From assembly GCA_031416795.1 (NCBI GenBank), contig JANOUH010000152.1, forward strand, positions 9,183 through 73,182: DNA of 64,000 bases. The letters are read 5' to 3'. Shown piece after piece: positions 39,697 through 49,365 of the stretch. The position numbers and the translations under genes were made by a program. The stretch comes from Cytophagales bacterium. GTDB lineage: Bacteria; Bacteroidota; Bacteroidia; Cytophagales; Cyclobacteriaceae. Positions within the stretch are counted from its first letter, which is position 1; the number at the start of each line of letters is the position of its first letter. The notes beneath the pieces were generated by a model that ran no database searches, had not been told where the DNA came from, and saw only the letters and a list, made by a program, of their open reading frames with translations.

Positions 39697-40959
39697 CTAA
39701 TCTTTTTTCTTTCTTTTCTTTTCGTGAAAGGCACCTTTAAATTCAGGGTCCTGATAACGTTTCTGCCTGTCAATTTCGCGGGCCATATCATGTGATTCCT
39801 TATACGTGGTATCCGCCACAATCACCTCTGGAGGCATCTTCTTTAAGGGAATCTTTTCACGTATGATTTTTTCAATCTTATCGATATGATATTTCTCTGT
39901 ATCGGTCGCCAGTGTAATGGCCGTTCCCTCTTGAAAAGCACGACCCGTGCGACCTGTTCGATGCACATAGTCTTCGTAGACAATCGGCACATCAAAATTG
40001 ATCACGTGCGAAACATTCGTCACATCAATTCCGCGCGAGGCCACATCAGTAGATACCAATATTCTCAGCTTTCCTTCTTTGAAGTCATTCATCGCATTGA
40101 TACGCGTGTTCTGACCTTTATTGGAATGCACCACCTTTACAGGGCCTAGTTTTTTTCTTTCCAGAAAGTGAAATACATTATTGGCGGCATCCTTCGTTCG
40201 CGTGAAAATCATCACCCTGTTTAAATCATTGTTATGAGTGAGCAGATATTCAAGAAAACTAATCTTGGTGATGAAGTTGGGTACATAATATAATTCCTGA
40301 GATACCTTGGTAGCCACGGTGGCCTGCGGGGTCACCTCAACACGAACAGGAAATACAATAAACTCATTCACCAGTCTGTCCATCTTTTCAGGGAAGGTGG
40401 CAGAAAACAAAAGGTTCTGTCTTTTGGATGGAATCACTTCAAAGATCTTACGAAGTTGTGGCATAAAGCCCATATCCATCATACGATCGCCTTCATCCAA
40501 TATCAATGTCTTGATTTGTTTTACAGGAAGCTCGTTGCGCTGATACAATTCCAAAAAGCGGCCGGGTGTTGCAATCAATAAATCAAGGCCTTTATTAATC
40601 TCTTCAATCTGTGTTTTAGGCCCTACTCCACCATAAATGGCAACGATCCGCAAATCTGTATACTTGGCTAAGGCAGCAGCTTGTGCAGCAACTTGCACCA
40701 CAAGTTCTTTAGTAGGAACTAAAATAAGGGCCCGAACATCATTGCCTTGCGCATAGCGGAGTTTCATAAACAAAGGCAACAAGTAGGCAGCCGTTTTACC
40801 AGTACCTGTTTGGGCGATGCCAATGATTTGCTGCCCTCCGATGATCAGAGGAATACATTTTTGTTGAATTTCAGTGGGTTGCTGAAATCCAGATTCGGCA
40901 ATTGCATCCAACAGTTGCTTATTTAGCTTAAAATCATTCCACAATGCCGAACTACTCAC
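39697..40959 (-). CDS. DEAD-box ATP-dependent RNA helicase
   Basis: Q-motif, AQTGTGKT, DEGD (DEAD-position), SAT, HRTGRTGR, and a basic C-terminal tail. Confidence 0.93.
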   Translation of the reverse strand: MSSSALWNDFKLNKQLLDAIAESGFQQPTEIQQKCIPLIIGGQQIIGIAQTGTGKTAAYLLPLFMKLRYAQGNDVRALILVPTKELVVQVAAQAAALAKYTDLRIVAIYGGVGPKTQIEEINKGLDLLIATPGRFLELYQRNELPVKQIKTLILDEGDRMMDMGFMPQLRKIFEVIPSKRQNLLFSATFPEKMDRLVNEFIVFPVRVEVTPQATVATKVSQELYYVPNFITKISFLEYLLTHNNDLNRVMIFTRTKDAANNVFHFLERKKLGPVKVVHSNKGQNTRINAMNDFKEGKLRILVSTDVASRGIDVTNVSHVINFDVPIVYEDYVHRTGRTGRAFQEGTAITLATDTEKYHIDKIEKIIREKIPLKKMPPEVIVADTTYKESHDMAREIDRQKRYQDPEFKGAFHEKKRKKKD

Positions 40960-40996
40960 AATTTCTATTGGTTACCTTTACGAACTTTACAAGGTA

Positions 40997-42334
40997 ATGA
41001 ACTCTACGCTAATCACGAACGCGAAAATAGTTAATGAAGGCAAAGTCTTTGAAGGCGATGTGCTGATAAAAGGCCAATTCATTGAAAAGATTGACACGCA
41101 CATTGATTATCCGGCCAACCATACAGTTGATGCAAAGGGCAATTTTCTGTTACCCGGAGTCATTGATGATCAGGTGCATTTTCGTGAACCGGGGCTCACA
41201 CATAAAGGAAACATCTTTACAGAATCCAGAGCGGCTGTTGCCGGAGGTGTTACTACGTTTATGGAGATGCCTAATACTTCCCCACCGGCTTTTACACAAG
41301 CATTACTCGAAGATAAATATCAAATCGCGGCACGCACCTCGTTAGCGAACTACTCTTTCTACATAGGTGCTTCAAACGACAATCTTGAAGAGATCCTCAA
41401 GACCAATTTGAAAAATGTTTGCGGTCTTAAAATTTTCATGGGATCTTCTACCGGCAATCTTTTAGTGGATGATCCAAAAACACTGGATGGAATTTTTTCA
41501 CGGTTTCCTTCTTTGATCGCCACGCATTGTGAAGATGAGCCTACGATTCGAAAAAATACTACAGAGTTTAAAGAGCGCTATGGTGAGGATATGAATGTTA
41601 AATATCACTCACAAATTCGCAACGAAGAAGCTTGTTACAAGTCTTCTTCTTTTGCAGTTGACCTTGCCAAAAAGCATGGCACTAAGCTTCACATTCTTCA
41701 CATATCCTCCGCTAAGGAGACACATCTTTTTGGCAACAGTATTCCGCTTGAAAAGAAAAAAATAACAGCAGAAGCCTGCGTGCACCACCTTTGGTTTAAT
41801 GATCAGGATTATGATCGGTTGGGGATGTTGATCAAGTGGAACCCTGCCATTAAAACAGAACAAGATCAAAATGAAATACTTAAAGCATTGTTGGATGATC
41901 GTATTGATGTGGTTGCGACCGATCATGCGCCACATACCCTTGAAGAGAAGGCTAGCAAATATTTTCAAGCTCCTTCGGGTGGGCCATTAATTCAACATAC
42001 GTTGGTGGCCATGATGGAATTTGTTCATCAGAAAAAAATATCCATCGAAAAAATGGTTCAGAAGATGAGTCATAACCCAGCCATTCTCTTTGAAGTCGAA
42101 AAGCGCGGCTTTATTCGCGAAGGATATTTTGCAGATCTTGTTTTATTGGATCCCAATCAGCCATGGAAGGTCAATAAGAATAATATCTTATCGAAATGCG
42201 GCTGGTCGCCTTTCGAAGGAAATACATTTCATTCAGTCATTAATCAGACTTGGGTTTCCGGTCATTTAGCTTATTCCAAAGGGCAACTCCTTGAAGGCAA
42301 GTCAGGGGAAAGGCTGACTTTCCATCGACCCTAG
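40997..42334 (+). CDS. pyrC: Dihydroorotase (long, allantoinase-like class)
   Basis: DDQVHFREPG metal motif and ATDHAPH motif, 445 aa. Confidence 0.88.
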   Translation: MNSTLITNAKIVNEGKVFEGDVLIKGQFIEKIDTHIDYPANHTVDAKGNFLLPGVIDDQVHFREPGLTHKGNIFTESRAAVAGGVTTFMEMPNTSPPAFTQALLEDKYQIAARTSLANYSFYIGASNDNLEEILKTNLKNVCGLKIFMGSSTGNLLVDDPKTLDGIFSRFPSLIATHCEDEPTIRKNTTEFKERYGEDMNVKYHSQIRNEEACYKSSSFAVDLAKKHGTKLHILHISSAKETHLFGNSIPLEKKKITAEACVHHLWFNDQDYDRLGMLIKWNPAIKTEQDQNEILKALLDDRIDVVATDHAPHTLEEKASKYFQAPSGGPLIQHTLVAMMEFVHQKKISIEKMVQKMSHNPAILFEVEKRGFIREGYFADLVLLDPNQPWKVNKNNILSKCGWSPFEGNTFHSVINQTWVSGHLAYSKGQLLEGKSGERLTFHRP

Positions 42335-42347
42335 TTTAAAATCATTT

Positions 42348-42378
42348 TTTGCATTTTACCAAAGCCTGCCTAACTTTG
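42348..42378 (+). promoter_or_regulatory. Bacteroidota-type promoter for tRNA-His (-33 TTTG / -7 TAACTTTG)
   Basis: TTTG at 42348-42351 and TAACTTTG at 42371-42378, with 19-nt spacing. Matches the TTTG/TAnnTTTG consensus. Confidence 0.4.
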
Positions 42379-42427
42379 CAGTCCTAAAATGGCTTGCCAA
42401 AGGAGTAATTCTTTGGTTTGCCTTCAT

Positions 42428-42502
42428 GGTGGATGTAGTTCAGTTGGTTAGAATGCTAGATTGTGATTCTGGAGGTCGCGGGTTCGAGCCCCGTCATTCA
42501 CC
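42428..42502 (+). tRNA. tRNA-His (anticodon GTG) with genomically encoded G-1
   Basis: Hand-folded cloverleaf: G-1, acceptor GTGGATG/CATTCAC, D arm GTTC/GAAT, anticodon arm CTAGA-TTGTGAT-TCTGG, T arm GCGGG-TTCGAGC-CCCGT, discriminator C. No encoded CCA. Confidence 0.92.
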
Positions 42503-42512
42503 CATAAAATTT

Positions 42513-42536
42513 AAGGCCCAAAACGGGCCTTTTTTA
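42513..42536 (+). terminator. Rho-independent terminator after tRNA-His
   Basis: AAGGCCC aaaac GGGCCTT followed by TTTTAT. Confidence 0.75.
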
Positions 42537-42718
42537 TTTCCTCCCGCCCTAAGAATACTCTTTAACTTTTGAGTGGAAAATTTATCAGCTATAAATAAAT
42601 CATTCTATCTGTGGGGCGGGACTTCGCCCCCCATGACAGCAAAGCCAAGATTTTTTAAGAAATATTTAAAACTGATTTGGTCGTTGAAAGAAGTGATCCT
42701 TTTTAATAAATTTATTTA

Positions 42719-42970
42719 ATGATGACGTGGGAAGAGTTGCAAGACTATCCATTAGAAAAAAAGATACGTGTTCTTTATGAAGAGGCCACCTTTATAATGG
42801 CCATCCGGTATTATCGGCACAAAATAAACTTATACTTGCTTGGCAATGAGTATGTAGAGGTTTTTGTTGATCACAAAAATTCATCCATCGTCAGAATTTC
42901 TGCGTTGGACACACGTCATTCTAGAATGAAATTCTATTATGATCAGATTAAACTTCCTTTAACTCCTTAG
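42719..42970 (+). CDS. Hypothetical 83-aa cytoplasmic protein
   Basis: Clean ORF with ATG start and its own terminator. No motif recognised. Confidence 0.5.
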   Translation: MMTWEELQDYPLEKKIRVLYEEATFIMAIRYYRHKINLYLLGNEYVEVFVDHKNSSIVRISALDTRHSRMKFYYDQIKLPLTP

Positions 42971-42977
42971 AAAAACA

Positions 42978-43010
42978 GAAGGCCCCGACAAGTCGGGGCC
43001 TTCATTTTAT
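42978..43010. terminator. Bidirectional terminator between convergent genes
   Basis: GAAGGCCCCG acaagt CGGGGCCTTC, flanked by an A-run upstream and ATTTTAT downstream, so each strand has a T-run. Confidence 0.7.
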
Positions 43011-43020
43011 ATTTAATTTA

Positions 43021-43785
43021 TTAGGCAGTCGCTGCAGATGACGATTCTTCTATTTTAACTTGCTGCTTTAAGGCAACTGTTTTTCTTGCTTTGTAACCGC
43101 AATAAGAGCACTGATAGTGTTTCATCAACTCACCCTCTTCGGTAAAGCTAGGCGCTTTCATTATTTCCTCTCGTGTTACTTTGAATGTCTGATAATTGCA
43201 CTCAGGGCATTGAATGGCATGAAGGTGGCCTGAATATTTTTCAACTTGCTTATGTCCTGTCTCTTCGTCCAACCACACATCATAATCAACAGAAAACACA
43301 TTTTCCTCTGCAATCATTCCTTCGTCTAAGTGAGCATCTTCTTCTTCCTCACTTAAGAGTTTCATTGGCTTACCTGTTTTAGGGGAAATTCTTGGCTTGT
43401 AGCGAAGTACTTTCAGGCGCTTTTCAATAAAGAAGGGATAGTAGAACTTAAGCAGGTTCTGAATAATGAGAGCTACCAGAATTCCCATCATTGCCGTTGT
43501 GAAAATTCTCACGAACACCCACAGGGTAGTTAATTCTACTACGTTAGCGTTCACAAAGAAGCAGGCTCCAATAATAAAAATGATAGTCGCTATCCATAGC
43601 GCTCTAATCTCATTACGATTAATAAAATCGTATTTGTTTTTGTTTCCACTTACAGAAGAAAGCTTGATAATGTAGCCCAGGACAACAAGCAAGCCCAATG
43701 CCCAAAATACAAAAGCAATGTTTAGCGCCAAGCTGTTCCAAGCATCATACTTGTGGGGGTCAACTGCCAATTCTAAATCATTCAT
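43021..43785 (-). CDS. Hypothetical 3-TM membrane protein with C-terminal CxxC...CxxC zinc ribbon
   Basis: Three hydrophobic helices in the first 115 aa, an acidic linker, then CPECN-(27 aa)-CSYCG. Confidence 0.7.
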   Translation of the reverse strand: MNDLELAVDPHKYDAWNSLALNIAFVFWALGLLVVLGYIIKLSSVSGNKNKYDFINRNEIRALWIATIIFIIGACFFVNANVVELTTLWVFVRIFTTAMMGILVALIIQNLLKFYYPFFIEKRLKVLRYKPRISPKTGKPMKLLSEEEEDAHLDEGMIAEENVFSVDYDVWLDEETGHKQVEKYSGHLHAIQCPECNYQTFKVTREEIMKAPSFTEEGELMKHYQCSYCGYKARKTVALKQQVKIEESSSAATA

Positions 43786-43928
43786 GACTTTTTTTACAGT
43801 TTAATTCAGGATTTCAATTAATGGTAAGCTTCTGATTAGAGGTTTCTTTATCTTCAAATATATACAATTAGCCCGAATTTAGAATGTATTGATTAATTTT
43901 TCAAGTTTTCATTCTCAAGTTGACCCAA

Positions 43929-44599
43929 TCAGCTTAAAATAAATTCTCCAATTTTTTCAATTGCGAGCAAATCTGATTCAATCATTACCATGTGACCCGT
44001 GTCTGGTAAAGCAAAGAAAATTGATTTTGAGCCATTAGGGGCCATTTTTTTTATAACCTCCAATGGGATGATCTCATCTTTATCTCCAGATAATATCAGT
44101 GTTGAAGAGGGGTATTTTTCTAAGAATTCCTCACGCGATGGCCTATCACGCATCGCCTTTGTGTATTCAATCAGTGCAATGACCGGAGTTTTGGCACTAA
44201 TCGATCTCACCCTTTCAACTTCCGTATCAGTTTTATTATAAATATAAGGAAGTCACAAGTGTTTGAATGAATGGTTCTACCCCATTCTTAGTTACAAAAT
44301 CAATAAACTTATCCCTGTTAGCCTTTCTCTCAGCCGAATCGGCAAATACTGACGAATGAAACAAGACTAATACTCTGGCCGCCATCACAAGCACGACATA
44401 CCCGCCAAGAGAATAGCCTACTAATACCGGATCTTTTATTTGTTTTTCCTTTAGCCAGTTCAGTACAATCCGGGCAATAAAATCAATAGAGAAGGGATTG
44501 GCGGAAGCGGGCTTTTTCCAAATCCCGGAAGGTCAATGGAAATGACACATCCAATACAATCGGTGTCCCCTCGCCCTATTCGCGAAAAAATATATTCAT
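43929..44599 (-). pseudogene. Alpha/beta hydrolase pseudogene (nonsense codon, internal deletion, at least 2 frameshifts)
   Basis: MNIFFRE*GEGTPIVL (TAG at 44576-44578). VISIDLPGFGKS and VLVGYSLGGYVV (44401-44418) lie in different frames. C-terminal 93 aa (..LPDTGHMVMIE..) is the only ORF over 60 aa. Confidence 0.8.
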
Positions 44600-44600
44600 T

Positions 44601-46526
44601 TCAAACAACAACCTTCGCTGAAACGAGCAATGAAATTACTGCTTTCACAATTCCATCAGGATCAAAACCACACTCGCGGTGAAGATCGATTTGTTCACCA
44701 TGCTCTACAATTTCATCAGGAATACCCAATCTTTTTACTTCAGCTGAGTAGTTATTATCGGCCATAAACTCTAACACAGCACTGCCTATGCCACCCTGAA
44801 TGCAACCATCCTCTACGGTAATTATTTTTCTAAAGGAAGAGAATACTTCATGAAGCATTTCTTCATCCAATGGTTTGACAAAACGCAGATCATAGTGTGC
44901 CGGGTTTATGCTTTGCTTTTCCAATTGCTCACAAGCCTCCACAGCGTAGTTGCCGATGTGCCCAAAGGTTAATATCGCAATACCCTCTCCATCTTTTATC
45001 TTTCTTCCCTTCCCAACTTCAATCTCTTTAAAGGCCGTGCGCCAATGGGGCATAACACCTTGTCCCCGGGGATAGCGGATTGAGAATGCCTTTTCGGTTC
45101 TGGGAAGTTGCGCGGTGTACATCAGGTTGCGCAATTCCTCTTCGTTCATAGGTGAGGCCACAATCATATTAGGTATACACCTGAAATACGCTACATCATA
45201 CGCTCCATGATGTGTCGGCCCATCTGCCCCAGCAAAACCGGCACGATCCAGGCAAAAATTAACCGGAAGATTTTGAATACACACATCGTGTATCACCTGG
45301 TCATAAGCTCTTTGCATGAAAGAGCTATAAATATTACAGAAAGGAATTAGTCCTTGCGTAGCCAATCCCGCAGAAAATGTAACTGCATGCTGCTCCGCAA
45401 TGCCCACGTCAAAAGCACGAGTTGGCATTTCTTTCATCATGATATTCATGGAAGAACCCGAAGGCATGGCCGGAGTGATTCCTACGATCTTTTCATTTTG
45501 CCTGGCCAGCTCTACCAACGTATGCCCAAAAACATCTTGATATTTTGGGGCTTGTGGGGTTTCGTGAACCTTCTTATGAATCTCACCAGAAATTTTATCA
45601 AAAGTGCCTGGTGCATGCCAGGTAGTGGCATTACCATTTTCGGCAGGCCCATAGCCTTTTCCTTTTACGGTAACGCAATGTAGAATCTTTGGACCCTTTA
45701 TATCTTTTAGATCGCGTAGCACAGCAACCATATGATCTACATCATGGCCATCCACCGGGCCGAAGTATCTAAGATTCAGTGACTCAAAAAGGTTGCTCTG
45801 GCTAAGCAAAGTAGATTTAATACCAGTCTCCACCTTCGAGACAATCTCTTGTGCATTCTTTCCAAAGTGCGAAAGCTTGCCTAGCAAATTCCATACATCA
45901 TCCTTCAGGCGGTTATATGTCTTAGAGGTGGTGATGTCTGTTAAATAATCTTTAAGTGCCCCAACATTGGGATCTATCGACATACAGTTGTCGTTGAGGA
46001 TTATGAGCAGATTCGTGTCAGAAACTCCTGCATGATTCAACCCTTCAAAGGCCATTCCACCGGTTAATGCCCCATCACCTATTACTGCAATGTGTTGTTT
46101 GTCTTCGAGCCCCAGATACTTTGATGCAGTGGCCATACCCAATGCCGCTGAAACCGAAGTTGACGAATGGCCAACTCCAAAAGCATCAAATTCACTTTCA
46201 CTTCTTTTGGGAAACCCAGAAATACCTTTATAAAATCGGTTTGTATGAAAACTGTCTCTTCGTCCCGTAAGGATTTTATGACCGTATGCTTGATGGCCAA
46301 CGTCCCAAACAAGTTGATCGGTTGGAGTATTAAAGACATAGTGAAGCGCAACGGTCAATTCCACAACACCCAAGCTGGCGCCAAAATGACCACCATACAC
46401 GGATACATTATCAATAATAAAGTGACGCAGCTCATCACATAATTGAACCAATTGAGCCTGATCCAATTTTTTGAGATCATCAGGGCTATTTATCTGCGCC
46501 AGCAGTTTTCCGGGGGTTATTAGCAT
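44601..46526 (-). CDS. dxs: 1-deoxy-D-xylulose-5-phosphate synthase
   Basis: GGHFGASLGVVELTVALH, IGDGALTGGMAFE TPP motif, 641 aa. Confidence 0.97.
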   Translation of the reverse strand: MLITPGKLLAQINSPDDLKKLDQAQLVQLCDELRHFIIDNVSVYGGHFGASLGVVELTVALHYVFNTPTDQLVWDVGHQAYGHKILTGRRDSFHTNRFYKGISGFPKRSESEFDAFGVGHSSTSVSAALGMATASKYLGLEDKQHIAVIGDGALTGGMAFEGLNHAGVSDTNLLIILNDNCMSIDPNVGALKDYLTDITTSKTYNRLKDDVWNLLGKLSHFGKNAQEIVSKVETGIKSTLLSQSNLFESLNLRYFGPVDGHDVDHMVAVLRDLKDIKGPKILHCVTVKGKGYGPAENGNATTWHAPGTFDKISGEIHKKVHETPQAPKYQDVFGHTLVELARQNEKIVGITPAMPSGSSMNIMMKEMPTRAFDVGIAEQHAVTFSAGLATQGLIPFCNIYSSFMQRAYDQVIHDVCIQNLPVNFCLDRAGFAGADGPTHHGAYDVAYFRCIPNMIVASPMNEEELRNLMYTAQLPRTEKAFSIRYPRGQGVMPHWRTAFKEIEVGKGRKIKDGEGIAILTFGHIGNYAVEACEQLEKQSINPAHYDLRFVKPLDEEMLHEVFSSFRKIITVEDGCIQGGIGSAVLEFMADNNYSAEVKRLGIPDEIVEHGEQIDLHRECGFDPDGIVKAVISLLVSAKVVV

Positions 46527-46710
46527 TTGCTACTGGGATTTGCCATCGATAATCCTATAAACAACTTTAAAAGGTAACTGTTTTGAACGATCTTTTAGGG
46601 TTCAACAAGGGCAAATTTACGTAATTCTGCAATCAGCATGAATTTGTATGGTGATGCTCAAATTAAAAGCCCGAAAATCCTCAAATCCTGATTATTTTTG
46701 CCCTCCAATT

Positions 46711-47490
46711 ATGATTATGGAACAAGAAAGTTTTGAAATACGCCTCCCACTTTTTGAAGGCCCTTTTGACTTACTATTATTTTTTATAGAGCGCGATGAA
46801 TTAGACATTAATGATATCCCTATTTCAAAAATTACCAACGATTTTCTTGAATACATCAGGCGCCTGGAAACTTTGAATATTGAAGTAGCCAGCGAATTCA
46901 TATTAGTTGCTGCCACGCTTATGCGTATCAAATCCAAAATGCTTTTACCGCGTCCGCAGCTGGATGAGAAGGGTAACGAGATAGACCCGCGCGAAGAGTT
47001 GATTAAGCACTTGATGGAGTACAAGAAATACAAATCAGTGGTTGAGCAATTCCATAAGATGGAAGAGACTGAGCTGATGAAGGAGAAACGTGGCAACCTG
47101 ATGAAAGAGTTAAGGACGCTGGCCGAAGTTACCAATGTAGAGGCTGAACTTCAGGATGTAGACTTGTTTAAGCTCCTTACTGTATTTGAAAAAGTATTGA
47201 AGCGTGCCGAAGAAGAAAAGTACAAGCCGATTCACCAGGTGATCCAGTATCCTTATACTGTTGAGGGCCAGAAAGAATTTATTCTCAATCAAATAACTGT
47301 AAAACCTCGTGTCGCCTTCACTGAATTATTCGAACAAGCGCCTACGCGTATATCTTTGATTTTTAATTTCCTTGCCATTCTTGAAATGCTTGCCAATGGC
47401 TTATTGACTATTCAGGTGGGCGAAGGATTCAATAACTTTTGGGTGATGAGACCCCAGGTTGATCCTGCTCAGGTAGATTTAAGTTTATAA
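46711..47490 (+). CDS. scpA: Segregation and condensation protein A
   Basis: FEGPFDLLLFFIERDELDINDIPISKIT motif. ATG 46711 (or 46717) preferred over 46648. Confidence 0.88.
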   Translation: MIMEQESFEIRLPLFEGPFDLLLFFIERDELDINDIPISKITNDFLEYIRRLETLNIEVASEFILVAATLMRIKSKMLLPRPQLDEKGNEIDPREELIKHLMEYKKYKSVVEQFHKMEETELMKEKRGNLMKELRTLAEVTNVEAELQDVDLFKLLTVFEKVLKRAEEEKYKPIHQVIQYPYTVEGQKEFILNQITVKPRVAFTELFEQAPTRISLIFNFLAILEMLANGLLTIQVGEGFNNFWVMRPQVDPAQVDLSL

Positions 47491-47496
47491 TACTTT

Positions 47497-47982
47497 TTAG
47501 GCGCGCCATTTAAACGATTTGTCATCGATCGCTCTCATCGTACAAAGTATTCCATCCAGGTGATCGTATTCGTGTTGTAGCAATTCAGAAAGATCATCTT
47601 TCATTTTCCATTCGCATGGCTGCCCGTTTTCATCCAGGTATTTAATCGCTAATTCTTTATGTCTCATTACCTTCACAAAAAGATTGGGAAAACACATGCA
47701 GTCATCCCACACTTCAAACTTTTCATCACTTAGAAAAGTGAATTCGGGATTGATAAAAACAACTGGCTTATCAATGTTCATATAAATGACACGCTTCATG
47801 ATTCCCAACTGTGGCGCAGCTATAGCACGACCAAAATTATACTTCGCTCGAATTTCTTCCATCACATTATGTAAGTCGGCTACCAAACCTCTTACAAGTG
47901 GAAGTTCTGATTGCAAAACAGGTGAAGAAACCTGATACAGTAATGGATGGCCGAGTAAGAGTAAGTCTTGAAGGTGCTTCAT
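47497..47982 (-). CDS. def: Peptide deformylase family protein (divergent motifs)
   Basis: GRAIAAPQLG, DDCMCFP and QHEYDHLDG at the three deformylase motif positions. ATG 47982 chosen. Confidence 0.75.
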   Translation of the reverse strand: MKHLQDLLLLGHPLLYQVSSPVLQSELPLVRGLVADLHNVMEEIRAKYNFGRAIAAPQLGIMKRVIYMNIDKPVVFINPEFTFLSDEKFEVWDDCMCFPNLFVKVMRHKELAIKYLDENGQPCEWKMKDDLSELLQHEYDHLDGILCTMRAIDDKSFKWRA

Positions 47983-48105
47983 GGTTTTGACAAAACTGGT
48001 TTCAAAAAATATTAGATTATGAGGCAATTGAAATTCAACTGATTTAAAATAGTTATCACTCCTCTCAAAATAAATAAAATGCTGACCTTATCAAAAGGAC
48101 CTTTG

Positions 48106-49365
48106 TTATCTGGTCCGGATTTTATGTGCCGATACAGCATAATAAAGAATGAAAAGATAACACGGTATCACTAACCAATAGGCAACCTGTGGATTAAAGT
48201 CTTCTGCAAGGCGCCCATATAATAAAGGAAGAACAGCACCTCCACCAATAGCCATAATCAACAAGGAGGAACCTGTTTTTGTGAATCGTCCAAGACTGCT
48301 AATGGCGAGAGGCCAGATGGAGGGCCATATTAATGAATTGGCTAAGCCCAAAAGTGAAATAAAAATCACGGATGTAATTCCTCCCGTAAATAAGGCAATC
48401 AGGGCAAAAGCTATTCCGGCAATGGCAGATAATTTAAGCGCGTGATCCTGCTTAATAAAACGAGGGATGCAAATGATGCCGATCACATAGCCTACTAACA
48501 TATTCAGAATAGTAAAGCTCGCAAAGTATGTGGCCTGATTAGCGGCAACACCTTGCGAGGTGGCAAAGCCAAAAATTGTATCCACTGCAATTACTTCAAC
48601 GCCAACATAAAGAAATACCGTTAACACGCCCAACAGCAAATGTGGAAATTGAAGAATGCTTTTCTTATTTGCATTAGCTGCATTGGTTGCTTCGTCTTCT
48701 TCATCAGTATCTAATTCTGGTAAGGAAGAAAAATAAATAAGCAACGCTAACATAAACAACACAATCATCATGCTGATGTAAGGAAAGATTACACGGCTTG
48801 CCAGCGCTTCCAGTTCAGTAATTCTTTCGGTCGCATTCAATGCGCTCAATTTTTGTTCGAGTAAATCTGCGTCACTTAGAATAATGGCTCCTAAAATAAT
48901 GGGCGCCATCACACCGGCAATACCATTGCATATGCCCATAATGCTTATTCGCTTTGCTGCACTTTCCACAGGCCCCAACTTGGTGATGTACGGATTTGAT
49001 GCTGACTGTAAAATGGTAAGCCCGGCTCCTTGAATAAACAGACCCAATAGAAACAAAGGATACCATCTTGTGAGTGCTGCTGGAATGAACAACAGCGCTC
49101 CCAAAGCCATAATGAACAAGCCTAACGACATTCCCTTTTTCGAACCTGTCTTCCTCAACACCCATGCAGAAGGAATGGCCATAATGGTGTAGGAGATATA
49201 AAATGAAAATGCAACGAGGTAGGATTCGAAGGTGGTGAGTTCACAGGCGATTTTAAGATAGGGAATCAAGATAGACCCCAGCCAGGTGACAAATCCAAAT
49301 ATGAAAAATAATATACCGATGATCAGGATATCTGAATTGATACCTGTGGTGATTTTATTCTTCAT
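48106..49365 (-). CDS. MFS sugar transporter (glucose/galactose-fucose permease type)
   Basis: 12-TM protein with FFIFGFVTWLGSILIPYLK N-terminus typical of GluP/FucP-like carriers. Confidence 0.85.
   Translation of the reverse strand: MKNKITTGINSDILIIGILFFIFGFVTWLGSILIPYLKIACELTTFESYLVAFSFYISYTIMAIPSAWVLRKTGSKKGMSLGLFIMALGALLFIPAALTRWYPLFLLGLFIQGAGLTILQSASNPYITKLGPVESAAKRISIMGICNGIAGVMAPIILGAIILSDADLLEQKLSALNATERITELEALASRVIFPYISMMIVLFMLALLIYFSSLPELDTDEEDEATNAANANKKSILQFPHLLLGVLTVFLYVGVEVIAVDTIFGFATSQGVAANQATYFASFTILNMLVGYVIGIICIPRFIKQDHALKLSAIAGIAFALIALFTGGITSVIFISLLGLANSLIWPSIWPLAISSLGRFTKTGSSLLIMAIGGGAVLPLLYGRLAEDFNPQVAYWLVIPCYLFILYYAVSAHKIRTR

Noticed and set aside
42503-44599. Integrated mobile element or genomic island at tRNA-His
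   Set aside because: No integrase, recombinase or transposase gene is present, and I found no direct repeat of the tRNA 3' end. The region is too small, so I treat it only as an accessory-looking patch.
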